Positions 55,801-64,000 of a stretch of 64,000 bases of DNA are shown in pieces. Each line of letters begins with the position of its first letter. Within the stretch, counting starts at the first letter, position 1. Origin of the DNA: an uncultured delta proteobacterium (GTDB taxonomy: Bacteria > Myxococcota_A > Polyangia > Fen-1088); the NCBI GenBank assembly GCA_963755125.1, contig CAVWIP010000012.1, positions 128,001-192,000 on the forward strand, given 5' to 3'. Position numbers and translations under genes: made by a program. The notes under the pieces were generated by a model. It did not search any database, was not told the origin of the DNA, and saw only the letters and a program-made list of their open reading frames with translations.

Positions 55801-57206
55801 GCGATGCGCAGCATGCGCTCCTGGCGCTCGGCCGCATCTTTGGTGTGCTCGAGCTGCACCTGCAGCACCTCGGCCAGCCGCTTGGCGTCCTTGCCCTTCT
55901 CGTACATGGGGATAAGTGCCTCGGCCGCCGCCAGGTTGTGGCCATCGAGGGAGAGCACCTTCTCGAAGGCCTTCTGCGCCTTGTCCGGCTTGTTCAGTCG
56001 GTCGCGGTAGAGGACCGCGATCTTGTTCCACAGCCCCACCCGGGCCGCGTCGGTTTCCGTGTCGGCTTGCCGCTCCAACACCCGCGCGAATTCGTCCCAC
56101 TTGCCCTGGACCGAGTAGAAACCCTCGAGCGCGTCCCAATCCTTGTTCTGCAGATAGAGCTTGCGGAGCGCATCCTGGGCGCGTCGGTTGTCGGGCTCGG
56201 CATCCAGCAGCGTCTTCCACGCGGCCACGGCCAAGTCGAGCCTCTGCAACTTCTCGGTGTACACCGTGGCCAGCTTGGGCAGAATGACGCCGCGTTTGGC
56301 TGGGTCGTCGGTCAGAACGGCCTGCTTGTCCAGAACTGCAGCCAGTTCGTCCCACCTCTTCTCACGCTCGTACAACTTTTCCAGCTCAACCAGCGCCTCT
56401 GCGTCACTGTCGTTGACCTCGAGGACTTTGCCCCACAGCTCGATCGACACGGCCGCCTTCTTGAGCTTCTCCGTGGCCAGCTTGGCCACCTCGGCCCAGC
56501 GCCTGCCCCGCTCGGCCGGATCGGCAACCCGCGCTATCTCCTGCCGCAACACCGCCACCAGGCGATCCCAGTCCCGCCGCTTCTCGTACATCTGCTTGAG
56601 GAAGGTGAGCGCGTCGGCGTTCCCTGGATCAATCTCGAGAATCGCCTCGAACGCCTTAATGGCCTCGGCTTGGTTCGAGAACTTGTCCAGGTACAGGTTT
56701 GCCACCCTTAGGTGCAGGGCAATCTTCTCCTCGGCGGCCTCGACGATGGCCGCCTTCTTGCGCAAGACCGCAATCAATTCGGGCCAACGCGGGATGGCCT
56801 CGTACTGGGCAGCCAGCGCGTCCATCACCTCAACATTGTCGGGTTGCAGGGCCAGGATCCGGTTGTAGGCCTCCACCACCATCACATCGAGCTTGAGCCG
56901 ATCGCGGTACAGCTCGACCATCTCCAACAACACGGGAACCTTCGCCTCGGGAGTAGGCCAAGTCGCCTTCTCAACCGCTTCCTTCAGGACCTCCACGCAT
57001 GCCTTCCATCGTTCCGCCCTCCGGTATACCCGGGCCAACTCGCGCCTGGGCTCCCATGCCGAGGGCGCGGCAGCCGCGATCTTCTTCCACGCATCGATGC
57101 CCTTCTCCACCGACAGACGTTCGGTCTCCAGCGCTGCGGCTGCCTGGCCCTGCAGCTCCGCTGGAAAGTCCTCAAGCACAGCGTTCGAGGTTGATTCCTT
57201 GCCCAC
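46821..57206 (-). CDS. agmK: Giant TPR-repeat protein (3461 aa), AgmK/GltI-like gliding motility protein
   Basis: Dozens of AL.ALERLY...W..L TPR-like repeats; C-terminal RAGFLMCNDL...SDEYFALR; position downstream of gltD-G homologues. Confidence 0.75.
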   Translation of the reverse strand: MGKESTSNAVLEDFPAELQGQAAAALETERLSVEKGIDAWKKIAAAAPSAWEPRRELARVYRRAERWKACVEVLKEAVEKATWPTPEAKVPVLLEMVELYRDRLKLDVMVVEAYNRILALQPDNVEVMDALAAQYEAIPRWPELIAVLRKKAAIVEAAEEKIALHLRVANLYLDKFSNQAEAIKAFEAILEIDPGNADALTFLKQMYEKRRDWDRLVAVLRQEIARVADPAERGRRWAEVAKLATEKLKKAAVSIELWGKVLEVNDSDAEALVELEKLYEREKRWDELAAVLDKQAVLTDDPAKRGVILPKLATVYTEKLQRLDLAVAAWKTLLDAEPDNRRAQDALRKLYLQNKDWDALEGFYSVQGKWDEFARVLERQADTETDAARVGLWNKIAVLYRDRLNKPDKAQKAFEKVLSLDGHNLAAAEALIPMYEKGKDAKRLAEVLQVQLEHTKDAAERQERMLRIAQILESDAGDRPLALTVALQALSENPREEWAREYAERLAGETGNWALLVEAYEAVLPSLQGQDGLPLLATVARAYEKELANSEAAIARNREILEIVDRDEQAVLALERLYIATGQHDQLLAIYDKKLALAGSEDEKREVRLQLAALYEEQVHDADKAIELYKDILKTAKEDVQALRALDRLYRATERWKDLSKIIVRQLKLPNDDPAAAELKFRLGEVSEKYLKSPGVAVESYQEALALDATHAGARAALEVYLADSQHQMSAVAALEPIYEAGHETERLLQVQRIKLARETDAAARVALLLRIGGLEGEAGRAERAYQAYAEAFGISPDSAEARAALEALADRMDKWRELVALYSEIQGSRKLASGLEREILLVIAVAYDEKLDQSDKAVEYFRLAQEIEPEDASALEALERLYTRTERWSDLVDTLKKKVELVRSSEEREQIHARIAAIWEEAIGNPDEAIAAWKEALGDNAGSLTALRALDRLFVHKGLDLDLADNLQRQLELASNEEEQVRLLSRLGHLREQKLRDITSAVETYRRLLDLAPGHEETVAALEGLLDNPDHDLVLAEILDPVYRARSDFGNLVRVLEIQARHALDMRRKIDLLHEIATACEDGLDDPARAYQALGRALAEDPLDPETTRRLERLAKALGRCDDLVVRYQAAAEKLQSDELKGAVYHAVAKLAENELGNSEIAAEAYKQALAVGPRDLEAADALEAIYIRTADYAQLVLLLQRKMDMVDALADKKELGSRAAKIWEEVLDDSDKAIEVYRQVLALDDTNETALDSLVRLFLRLSRWNDLKDVYARQAELATDPARKKERLFVLGQVYDRELQDAPRAIETYTSILDMDPDDLDALQALDRLYLQTERWYDLLNVLERQTELSSSSAEVVSLRYRIGELWSDKLKDASRATEAYQRVLAMDPSHEPTLKALEGMMQRGEEPIAAAQVLQPVYESAGDWPKVAAVHEVMVSYTQDPVRRVELLDLLAKIHERRLNDFDAAFDAYCRALRVDPSNQEVIAHIDRLAESSGRWADLAAVYDAEIDRILDSRLQTEMLLRLARIYEEETHDLDKAIATYRRVADAEPDRKDGLEALDRLYTRTERWTELADIVRGEIRLADSDAQIIDLTFRLAQILEVALGDMPKAVEAYQDILNIDPKHAETRATLERLLSSGAMQREIAQVLEPLYRVGEEWEKLVRVYHVELGVESDAEERQRLLRRLAEISESKLMDQVAALEWWSKAVVEDPASEQGLDELLRLARATHQWETYVASMADAAARASDRRVRRDVLFRLATVFDAELADLVRVEDVLGQVLALDPSDGEALAFLDRVYDKQGDYEKLADVLRRRIAITDGSRELVALHLRLGKILADVIDDAPGAVASYLAVLEQESRSPEALEALERIYFRAEQWEDLYQIYEKMLDIAPGDEALSDCYARMARITSDVLGQREKAIELWRRVLDLRGADPVALSALADLHEQAEEWRELTEVLDSQIRASEDPEARIPVYKRLGRVWGEKLGRERNALECWKKVTEINPGDVEALQAIAANYRSAAAWEELSETLHQLIAVGSETFPAATLRDCYAELGELEGSTLVRVDAAIEAWRHVLQIDAADARALTALETLFTQEGRWEECVDVLERRAAALASVGDKVDVLMQIASIWSEKIGDGGAAAEAYERVLKMDPSHAAASSALEDVYRQRKVWPELVELLLARVEYTGEAEEKIKLFCEIARIYEEHIGDRDSAFIMLQAAFREDYSSNAVAQELERLANVTNKWSELLSEYTQAAQGMEDAKQAADLWVKIGRWYDSALHHTEYAITSAKEALSRQPNHVGAMAALADFYRKESRWKDLVSVLSKHAEVESDPARRVEVLLALAETYETHISDAGQATVAYDQALQADEHCLKAIEALERLHRRTQAWERLADVLARKSQVVSDGELAVKLRLQVGELWESRLGDNERAVQAYREVLTVDPQNLPALKALEQLYEKAGRMDAYLEVLEHQLQVTAPDDDRVALLLRMAQVCEQLPGKIDDAIDSLQQALTIDPRNLKACQDLERLYRGERKWDALVDTFRKHIQVENDVAAKATIYLDMGRVYEEGLRDPDSAIEAFNEILNVDPDHAEALRGLARLYEETEQWERAVDIMQRLVGQASPPEKVDLSYRLGKILDEQMQMSDIAEERLSDALAIDPTHVPSMLSLLNIYKRRGDSFKAAQFMERAESHTPNVLERTRLLYEAGKLYQTELGDEAKAKELYARTLELDPEHVEAATPLADIYYRQSEWAPLVPILEMLTRKADRRAHRELNILCYRLAKAAEQLGDEEKALKYYRSAYELDATHLPTLVDRANLLYRREQWDEAFKLYQTILVHHRESQSEAQIVEIFHRIGHIKTKIGDRAKAINMFEKALEIDPGHRPTLEALTEIHAAAGDWEAVIRQKRALLAHVESDEEKLRLHEEIIGVYKERLKNPQKAIAAYLEAIEVKPDARGLLADVLELLTETKQWKKAVEILLRLAAIETGRVKAKYLQTAGQITNAELHSPDEAVELFNKALDEYPDDLKPFERIDKIMTAKKDWTNQQRAYRRMIKRLGTEVPPEKRSTQIALWHALGEIYRSRLKDYRAAAEAFEVCAKLEPDNMPRHQILAELYQMQGPEAYDKAVRAWRAILRRTQDIGAMVPILKTLRHLFTDMGKYDQVWCTASVLAYLRQADAEELRFHEQYKVKTLSRVKARLNEELWQKYIYHGDEDRYISLILASISQAIMAVRAREHKEVGIRRRDRRDPTNDKLMFSGVFVYVSQALAVTAPELYLRQDWPGELELMNAREKQQLCPSFVVGAALLQGKQEKELAYALGKKLTLMRPDHVVRWPAVVPQVSELKAYFLAALKLVQPKVPIKSDMEQPVAERLELLRRLVPPQNVEQLAEVVRRFIESQAEADLHRWSKAVDFTSSRAGFLMCNDLEVAAHQIQSEPLAVGCADPKDKVRDLIQWCVSDEYFALRAHLGLAIG

Positions 57207-57536
57207 TTGGTCCTCCGGGATGAATAAGGCAATCGCAGGATCGCGACCGCATGCTCCTGGCCGCTCCTTGGGGAGAGGCTAAGACCGCGGAAAATGGAGC
57301 ATTTTATACCACGCTGGCCGCTTTGCACACAACGGGAATGAGCCCCATTTTCTCGTCGGTGCGGGCCTTTTCAACCGCCGTGAGGGCCCCCGCCACGCCT
57401 CCCTGTGCCTACCCGCGGCCGGGCCACCGGGCAGACCTTTCCAAGATCAGGCTGTGCACCCACTCGGAGCGATCGGTGGTGGTCGGCACGAAAACGACCA
57501 CGACCTTCTGCGGCTATCGCGGGATTCGCTTCAAAC

Positions 57537-58424
57537 CTACGGGCCGCTCAGGGCATAGAGCTTGTCGCTCGCGGCCCGCAGGAAGCCAAACGCCGATCCG
57601 TCCTTGCCTCCGCCGGTTGCCACGAACTTCTGCAGATAGTCGCGCGCCTGTTCCTTCTGCTCGTTGGCGTGCGATTCCTCGTACCATTCGGCGTAGGTCA
57701 TACCGCAGTTGTAAAGGGCGTCGAAGAGTCCGCTGTCCACGTCGAGCGCCTTCTTGAACTCGGCCACCGCTTGCTCGTACTGCTTGAGTGACTTGAGAGC
57801 CACGCCGTGGAGGTTGTAGCACTCGGCACTGTTGTCGTTGGCCCGCACGCACTCCGCAAGAACCTGCGCGGCCTCTTTGTCGGCGTCATAGTCGAGGTAA
57901 AGCCGGCCCAGCGCGATGAACGGCTTGTCCATCCGGGGGTTGAGCTCGATGGCGTTGCGCAGAGCCTGGTCGGCCTCCTTGGGACGCTCTTGAAAAAGGT
58001 ACACCAAGCCTAGACGCCACTGAGCCTTGAACAGCTTGGGGTCTAGTTCCGTCGCCTTCTTGAGCGCGGTTTCCGCCTTGTCCAGCTGTTTCGCCTCAAG
58101 ATAGGCTTCGCCCAGGTCGTACTGGAAGTTGGCGTTGCTCGGGCTTCGTTGGGCCGCTCCCTCGAACGCATCGATGGCTTTGTCCCACTTGCGCTGCTTC
58201 TGATAGACCTTGCCCAAGTTGTAATAGGCCATCTCGTAGGTGGGGTCAGTCTGAATGGCCAGCCTCAACTCACGCTCGGCCGAGTCGTAGAGGTTGGTCT
58301 TGAATGCCTCGACACCCTTGTTTGCGATCTCGATGGCTTTGATGCGCTGCTGGCTGCAAACGAATGCATCGCAGGCCGGCAGAATCAACCCGAGGACGAA
58401 CATAGCTTTCAGATAGCGACCCAT
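57537..58424 (-). CDS. TPR-repeat exported protein or lipoprotein
   Basis: RBS ggaaggag; MGRYLKAMFVLGLILPAC; multiple canonical TPRs (AYYNLGKVY, QYDLGEAY). Confidence 0.85.
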   Translation of the reverse strand: MGRYLKAMFVLGLILPACDAFVCSQQRIKAIEIANKGVEAFKTNLYDSAERELRLAIQTDPTYEMAYYNLGKVYQKQRKWDKAIDAFEGAAQRSPSNANFQYDLGEAYLEAKQLDKAETALKKATELDPKLFKAQWRLGLVYLFQERPKEADQALRNAIELNPRMDKPFIALGRLYLDYDADKEAAQVLAECVRANDNSAECYNLHGVALKSLKQYEQAVAEFKKALDVDSGLFDALYNCGMTYAEWYEESHANEQKEQARDYLQKFVATGGGKDGSAFGFLRAASDKLYALSGP

Positions 58425-58455
58425 CGCGGCTCCTTCCCTTGTCGAATGGCGAGCG

Positions 58456-60666
58456 CTATTCGCCCGAAGCACCGGCGGTGAAGTTGAACGGATACGACAC
58501 GATGACGATGCCGCCACCGAGCGGCTTGGGGAACTCCCAACGCCGGACTGCCTGCACCACGCAGTTCTCCACGCGGATGTTGCCCATGGTCGAACTCTGC
58601 AAGACCGAGGCGATGACGGTTCCCGTCGCGGCGATGGTGAACTGGACCGAGATACGGCCCGCGAGATCGGCCTTCTTCGTCAACTCGGTCTCGTAGCAGT
58701 ACTTCACCTCGTTGATGTGACGGCGGATGATCCGGCGGATGATCTCCTTGTCCAGCGACCCGCGCACGTTGGCCTGGCCCGGGATGACGTCCGGCGCACG
58801 AGCGCGGCGACCGCCCAGACCACCGGCGCCACGGCCGTAGCCGGAGCCGTTGCCGCCACCGCCGCCCTTGCCGATGGTGCCGAAGTTGCCGAGACCGATG
58901 GTGCCTTCGCCAGTACCGCCACCGCCCGTCCCGGTGCCGACCAGACCAAGACCGCCCACGCCGTAGGCTTCGCCAATCTGGTTGCCGATGAGGCCGCCCA
59001 GCACGTTCTCTGCATCGTTGCCGGCCGCCGTGTCGCGACCGAAGATGGAAGCCAGGTGCGAGCCCTCGGCCATCTTCAACACGCCGAGGATGCCGGCGTT
59101 CTTGGCCTGCTCTTCCGCAAGTTTCTTGGCCAGGTGCGGGTCAGGGTTGTCCTTGGGGCCCTTGAGCCCGTAGAGACCCTCCTTGTTCTTGGAGGTCTTC
59201 TTCCCCATCTTGCCTTCCTCACCTTTGTGCCGCTTGCCCTTGCCGCCCTGTTCGTCGGGTCCCTTCTTCTTGAGCCACTCAGGAATCTCTTCTTCCTTCT
59301 CCTCGGGGGGCTTGATGAGGAAGTTCACGAAGCGACTGTCCGCATTGAAGAGATCGAGAGAGAGCGACTTGGGATCGGGCGGGACAGAGAAGATCATCAG
59401 AAGGAACAGCAACAGACCGATGGCCGTTCCCACGGTGTAGGCTTGCTCGCTCCAGCGCCAGACCAGGAAGGGAACCGGGAAGGTGCGCGGCTTGGGCGTT
59501 GCGCTGACTAAGAAAGTGGTCTCGCCGCAGTCGATCTTGGCGCGGCCCCGGTCGCCGAGAGAGAAACTGGCTCCGCGCTGCTGCACGAACTGCGGCAACG
59601 GAACCACCTGGTTGTCCAGCAGAACCTCACCCGTCATGGACGGCGTGACGTTGACCAGGAAGTCAGCACCCGTGGTAGATACCAGGGAGAAAGACTGACC
59701 GCCAATGAAGTCGGGTCCCAGGGGCGCGTCCGCGTTCGCATCCCCGCCAACCACGAAGTTGGGGTTGGTCCGCCCCCTGCGTTTCAGGCCCATGTAGCAC
59801 AGCGCAATTCCCAAACCAATTCCCCCGAACACGACGAAGTCCATGGCCGGCGACTGGGCCTTCCACTGGAAGCTCTTTGACTCGCCGCCGTCAGCCACGA
59901 ACTTGTCGTACCGGCTCTTCTCCGCTCCAAGGTTCAAGATGGTGGCGAAGAACGCCACCAAGGCCACCACTATAAGAGCGCCACCCGCGAGCAGCATCGA
60001 CTTCGACTGCCCCTCTGTGCTCCGCCCCGTGGGGTCTGACAGATGGCGCGTCTGGATCACGACGCCGCGGTACAGGGCCTGGACCTCGATGGCGTGGCTG
60101 CCATCGTGGACTTCCACCTCCGCCCCGGCGTGGCTGGCGAAGCCGCCCATACCAGGCGCCGCCGGTGCGTATGCCTGCGGAGCCGCCATGGCCTGGGGCG
60201 CCGCCACGGGCTGGGGTGCAGGCGCTCCGTAGCCGACAAGCGTCGGGGCCGGGGCTTGGGGCCGAACCGGGGCTGAATACTGCGCGGGTGCGACTGGGGC
60301 GGGAGCTACCGGGGCAACTGGCATGACCGGACCGGGAGTAGGCGCTTCTGCATCGGCCGCCGCGAAGGTGATGGCCACGCGAACGTCGCCGAACTGGACC
60401 TGGTCCCCGCTCTTGAGGCTAGCTTTGGCGACGCGCTCGCCGTTGACCAATGTGCCCCGGGTCGAACCCAAATCGATGAGTTGAACCTCGTTCGGCCCGT
60501 TCACTTCAAGCACGGCGTGCATGCGCGACACGGACTCGTCGTCAAGGCGCAGATGCGAGGAAGCCAGCTTGCCGATCTTGATGACGGGCTCCGTCAACAC
60601 CTCTTCTCGTACGACCTGATCCCCCCTGAAGATCTGGAACTTGACGGGGACTACGACATTGGCCAT
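58456..60666 (-). CDS. gltG: Gliding motility protein GltG-like (FHA, TM, Gly-rich, TonB-C)
   Basis: IKIGKLASSHLRLDDESVSRMHA...DLGSTRGT FHA domain; GKRHKGEEGKMG; GSLDKEIIRRII...WEFPKP.GG..IVSYPF. Confidence 0.88.
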   Translation of the reverse strand: MANVVVPVKFQIFRGDQVVREEVLTEPVIKIGKLASSHLRLDDESVSRMHAVLEVNGPNEVQLIDLGSTRGTLVNGERVAKASLKSGDQVQFGDVRVAITFAAADAEAPTPGPVMPVAPVAPAPVAPAQYSAPVRPQAPAPTLVGYGAPAPQPVAAPQAMAAPQAYAPAAPGMGGFASHAGAEVEVHDGSHAIEVQALYRGVVIQTRHLSDPTGRSTEGQSKSMLLAGGALIVVALVAFFATILNLGAEKSRYDKFVADGGESKSFQWKAQSPAMDFVVFGGIGLGIALCYMGLKRRGRTNPNFVVGGDANADAPLGPDFIGGQSFSLVSTTGADFLVNVTPSMTGEVLLDNQVVPLPQFVQQRGASFSLGDRGRAKIDCGETTFLVSATPKPRTFPVPFLVWRWSEQAYTVGTAIGLLLFLLMIFSVPPDPKSLSLDLFNADSRFVNFLIKPPEEKEEEIPEWLKKKGPDEQGGKGKRHKGEEGKMGKKTSKNKEGLYGLKGPKDNPDPHLAKKLAEEQAKNAGILGVLKMAEGSHLASIFGRDTAAGNDAENVLGGLIGNQIGEAYGVGGLGLVGTGTGGGGTGEGTIGLGNFGTIGKGGGGGNGSGYGRGAGGLGGRRARAPDVIPGQANVRGSLDKEIIRRIIRRHINEVKYCYETELTKKADLAGRISVQFTIAATGTVIASVLQSSTMGNIRVENCVVQAVRRWEFPKPLGGGIVIVSYPFNFTAGASGE

Positions 60667-60758
60667 TTGGGTCTCCTCCGGTTACGGCAGGCGGGGGCCA
60701 GCGGCGGCCACGCCTATGCTCTCGACCCTTGCCCTCTGGGTCTTGCGACCCCGAGCGG

Positions 60759-61007
60759 CTAGATGTCTTCGAGCGACTTGAGCATTTCGGGAATGAAGTC
60801 TTTGCGGATTTCGATAAGGCTGGAGTGTTTGGCTTTGTTGATGGCGTTCACCAATTCGCCATCAGGCCGCTGCAGGTCGCCCTCGACGTTGTCGTCTTCG
60901 AAATCGTAGACGGTCTTGGACTTGAACTGCTCGGCCCCACCTTCTTGAGCCAGAACCGTACCCAGTCCCCCGACGGTGAGAACCGCAATCATTGCCATGA
61001 GTCGCAT
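60759..61007 (-). CDS. gltF: Gliding motility protein GltF/CglF-like
   Basis: Signal peptide, then KTVYDFEDDNVEGDLQRPDGE...SLIEIRKDFIPEMLKS. Confidence 0.85.
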   Translation of the reverse strand: MRLMAMIAVLTVGGLGTVLAQEGGAEQFKSKTVYDFEDDNVEGDLQRPDGELVNAINKAKHSSLIEIRKDFIPEMLKSLEDI

Positions 61008-61130
61008 CGGTTCATTTCCTTCCTTCGGCTGCGCTGGGAGACAAGCACGGAAAGCTCGCCTCCTACTGACAACCAAGATCGAATTTGGTTCCCACAATTA
61101 TGGATCGGATTCGATCGACGAAGCTCCGCG

Positions 61131-63020
61131 TCACTCCCAGTTCTTCTTCTCAGGTTTCTTCGGCGCCGCTTTCTTCGCGTCATCCGGCTTGTCGCCGGGA
61201 TTAGCTGGGGCGGCCTCGGGCGCCGCTCCAGCGGGCGGGGGTTCGACCGAAGATCCGGGAACTGGGGCCTGGCTCTCGGCGCCCTTGTCATCGGCACCCT
61301 TGCTCTCGGTGCCCTTGTCGTCGGCCTTGCCACCGCCGGTGACCTTCTTCGTCTTCTCCTCTTCCTTTTTCGTCTTTTCCTCCGCGGCCTTCGTCTTGTC
61401 CTCCTCCTCCTTCTTCTTCATCTCCTCCTGCTGGCGCTTCTCCTCGGCCTCCATCTTCTTCATCTCTTCTTCCATCTTCTTCTGCTGCGCCTCTGCCTTG
61501 CGCTGCATCTCCTCAGCCTCTTTCATCATCTTGGCCGCTTCCTCCAGTGCCACGAAAACCTCATCGATGTCCTTGATGCGCTTCTCGGCGTCCTTGCGTG
61601 CCTTGGGCGAGGGAGACCGCGTCAGGAAATCCCGATAGTATGCTTGGGCCTTTTGCAGCATGGGCTTGTCGCTGCCGCCCTTGTACTCTTGGTACAGCAG
61701 GCCGAGGTTGAAATAGGCATCCGGGCGCTGTGGGTCGAGATTCCGGGCCTCGTTGTACTTCTGTTCTGCCTCGTCGAACTTCTTGTTGCCGCGCAAGGCG
61801 ACCCCCAGCCCAATGATCGCCTCGTAGTTGCGCGGCTTGGCCTTGAGCACAGCTCTCAAGTTCTCTTCCGCGATGTCGTAGTTGCGAAATTTCAGTGAAA
61901 CCGCGGCCAGATTGAGCCGGGCCTCGAACAGCCCGGGATCATTTTCTACCGCGGCGGTGAAGTTCTTGATCGCGTCCGTGTAGTTCTTCTTGGCCAGGTA
62001 GATCATGCCCATCGTGTTGTAGACCACGGCCACGGCCTTCTTCATCTCGACCGTGTAGCCCGTTCCCTCCACGGGAGTCTCCTGGGCCGTCTTCTCCCCC
62101 TCCTTTTCCTTGGCCTCTTCTTTCTTGCCCTTGCCTTTCTTGGCCTTCTTGTTCGCATCGTCGGAAACCGCCCCCTCTTCCTCGAACTTTCCCGTGGCGA
62201 TTTCCTCTGCCCGCTTGATCGCCTGGGCACCCACCAGTTTGGCTGCCTCGGGCAGATCCAAATCGTAGTAAATAAAGCAAAGGCCTGCGTAGGCCTGCAG
62301 GCTGTTCCCGTCAAGTGCGAGCACGCGTCGCAGTTCCTTCACAGCGCCGTCGTTGAGCGCCTTCTTGTCGGTGCCGGTCGCGAGACGGGCACGTTCACGG
62401 TAAATCTGGGCCATGTTGATGCGGGCGGCGATGGACCCGATCAAGGGATCAGCCTGAATCGAGCGCTTGAAGAGCGACTCCGCGTCGGCCTTGTTCCCGC
62501 CCTGCCAGGCCACGTAGCCCAAATTCGCCAAGGCAGGAGCAAAGGGCTTGGCTCCGCCAGCCAGCTTCTCCCAGATGCGGACGGCCTCGTCCTTCTTGCC
62601 ACACTCAAGATCCACCGCAGCTTCGTTGCTGCGCGCCTCGAGAAGCACGGGCACCCGGTCTGCGATCTTCCTGAAACCCGAAGCTACCGACGAACATTCC
62701 GGGCCGGGAACGGATCCCGCCTTCTTGGCTTTCATGTATTCAGCGACAGCCTTGTCGTAGGCAGCTCTGTCGTCCTCGCTGATCTGGCGCTCTGTCGGTT
62801 TCCGGGTAATGAGGGGAACCTCCCCGGGACTGGCGGCGGCCGGCGCTGCAGCAGGGGTCGGCTTCTTGCCGGGCGTCCACTCCTCCTCGTCGGGCAGTGC
62901 GCCGGTTTCTGGACTCTTGGGCTTACCGGCTGTCGCGCAGCCAATGGACAGGGCAAGCAAGGCTCCGACCCCGACCAGGGTCCAAGACGAGCACACTCCG
63001 AGACTTCGATGCGTCATCAT
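61131..63020 (-). CDS. gltE: TPR lipoprotein GltE/AglT-like
   Basis: Lipobox LSIGC; TPRs (ARLNLA..SLKFRNY, GLGVALRG, AYFNLGLLY); Lys/Glu-rich tail; lies between gltD-like and gltF-like genes. Confidence 0.75.
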   Translation of the reverse strand: MMTHRSLGVCSSWTLVGVGALLALSIGCATAGKPKSPETGALPDEEEWTPGKKPTPAAAPAAASPGEVPLITRKPTERQISEDDRAAYDKAVAEYMKAKKAGSVPGPECSSVASGFRKIADRVPVLLEARSNEAAVDLECGKKDEAVRIWEKLAGGAKPFAPALANLGYVAWQGGNKADAESLFKRSIQADPLIGSIAARINMAQIYRERARLATGTDKKALNDGAVKELRRVLALDGNSLQAYAGLCFIYYDLDLPEAAKLVGAQAIKRAEEIATGKFEEEGAVSDDANKKAKKGKGKKEEAKEKEGEKTAQETPVEGTGYTVEMKKAVAVVYNTMGMIYLAKKNYTDAIKNFTAAVENDPGLFEARLNLAAVSLKFRNYDIAEENLRAVLKAKPRNYEAIIGLGVALRGNKKFDEAEQKYNEARNLDPQRPDAYFNLGLLYQEYKGGSDKPMLQKAQAYYRDFLTRSPSPKARKDAEKRIKDIDEVFVALEEAAKMMKEAEEMQRKAEAQQKKMEEEMKKMEAEEKRQQEEMKKKEEEDKTKAAEEKTKKEEEKTKKVTGGGKADDKGTESKGADDKGAESQAPVPGSSVEPPPAGAAPEAAPANPGDKPDDAKKAAPKKPEKKNWE

Positions 63021-63029
63021 CGCTGGCTC

Positions 63030-64000
63030 CTACTCCTTGGAAGTGACCTGGAGATCGTCGGGCAGTTCCGCGACGACACCGCCGGGCGTAATGGGTGTCG
63101 AGACGTAACCGGGCTCCGGCTTCATCTCGGCCGAGAGGGGGTACTCGGCGGGCTTCATCTGGTTGAGCTCCACCTCGCACATGCTCGACCATTCATTGTA
63201 CCAGGACTCCTTGGTGGCGGCCTTGAGGCACAGATCGTAGCCAACCACGGCCTTCGATTCGATGGGCTCAGCCTTGTCGACGAGAGCGTCGCAGAAGATC
63301 TCGCGGGGCCGGTTGCCCCACTCGTCCTGCTCCTTGAGATCCTTGGGGATATCCGCCGTGTAGAGCTGGTTGACGAAATCCGCGTAGACCTGCCCGATGC
63401 GCGCCGAGGCCGCGATCGTCCAGTGCGCCACGTGGTAGTCGAGCACGAAGTCATACAGGCCCTTCTTGTCCGCGCTGGGGCCCGTCAATTTCTCGGCCAG
63501 GGCCGTCTTCTCGGTCATGTACGCAAGGAACTTCTTGCTCGACTCCTCGTACTTCTTCTTCTTGGCCGCCGCGACCTTCGGCTTGTCCCACTGGGTGGGC
63601 TGCTGGAAGTCCAGGCCCGACGGGAACTTCACCCGCAGGAACTTCTCGTAGAGCTCTTCAGCCTGGTAGAAGGCCGCGCCGGCCACGGCGAAGCGGGCAA
63701 TCGCCTCCCGCGCTGTCCGCTCACCCGCACTGGCGCCGGGAATCTTCTTCGCCGCCTCGCCGTGATTCCACAGCTTGAGGACATCTTTGAAGTGCTCCAG
63801 GCCATCCTTGGCGTATTTGGAGCTGCGCTCGAAGACGGTGATCTTCGAGCTGGTGGGCGGACCGCACTGGGTGCGCAGCTTCTCCTTCAGCTTCTTCTTC
63901 TTGTCTTTGATCTTGGAATTGATCTCGGCAAAGACCTTCTGCCGGCCGGTGGCGCTCACGCGCTCGACCTTGATGCAGGCGCCGTTGACGCCTTCCTGCG
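63030..64000 (-). CDS. gltD: C-terminal part of GltD/AgmU-like TPR protein (5' end outside the window)
   Basis: HWTIAASARIGQVY, FCDALVDKAEPIE.KAV.GY..CL and WYNEWS..CE..LNQ..P.EYP; frame open to the window edge. Confidence 0.75.
   Translation of the reverse strand, partial: QEGVNGACIKVERVSATGRQKVFAEINSKIKDKKKKLKEKLRTQCGPPTSSKITVFERSSKYAKDGLEHFKDVLKLWNHGEAAKKIPGASAGERTAREAIARFAVAGAAFYQAEELYEKFLRVKFPSGLDFQQPTQWDKPKVAAAKKKKYEESSKKFLAYMTEKTALAEKLTGPSADKKGLYDFVLDYHVAHWTIAASARIGQVYADFVNQLYTADIPKDLKEQDEWGNRPREIFCDALVDKAEPIESKAVVGYDLCLKAATKESWYNEWSSMCEVELNQMKPAEYPLSAEMKPEPGYVSTPITPGGVVAELPDDLQVTSKE

Noticed and set aside
57207..57536. 330-bp gap upstream of agmK as a possible ncRNA or small gene
   Set aside because: Only weak hairpins and no recognisable RNA family or credible ORF; more likely a promoter or UTR.

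Overview
High-GC chromosomal window, most likely from a myxobacterium (Myxococcota/Polyangia-like, inferred from a MYXO-CTERM-type sorting signal and a glt gliding-motility cluster). From left to right: a frameshifted LacI-sensor hybrid histidine kinase; two envelope proteins; a metal-uptake operon (His/Cys leader ORF, outer-membrane protein, ZnuA-like binding protein, ZnuB-like permease, no ATPase); an SLT-like/M23 fusion; otsA-otsB; a defence-island-like stretch (about 13.8-24 kb) with several toxin-antitoxin genes and remnants, a 135-bp gene-end duplication and a type I R-M system with frameshifted hsdR; an Fpg/Nei glycosylase; an FGE-domain plus DUF2330/MYXO-CTERM pair; a minus-strand lipid cluster (acyl-CoA dehydrogenase, 2877-aa KS-AT-KS-ACPx4-KR-DH synthase, PPTase, two GT-C-like glycosyltransferases); small hypothetical genes; a ROK kinase; an RNase Y-like gene; and gltI/agmK, gltG, gltF, gltE and partial gltD. 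Two candidates for undescribed biology stand out. (1) All four ACP domains of the two-KS synthase have Thr (GIDTVKQ) where the phosphopantetheine-accepting Ser normally sits, and a dedicated PPTase gene follows immediately. (2) The His/Cys leader ORF ends in APKNSPP, and those codons are complementary to the downstream Shine-Dalgarno, suggesting metal-sensing ribosome-arrest control. All family assignments come from motif recognition by eye; no database searches were run.
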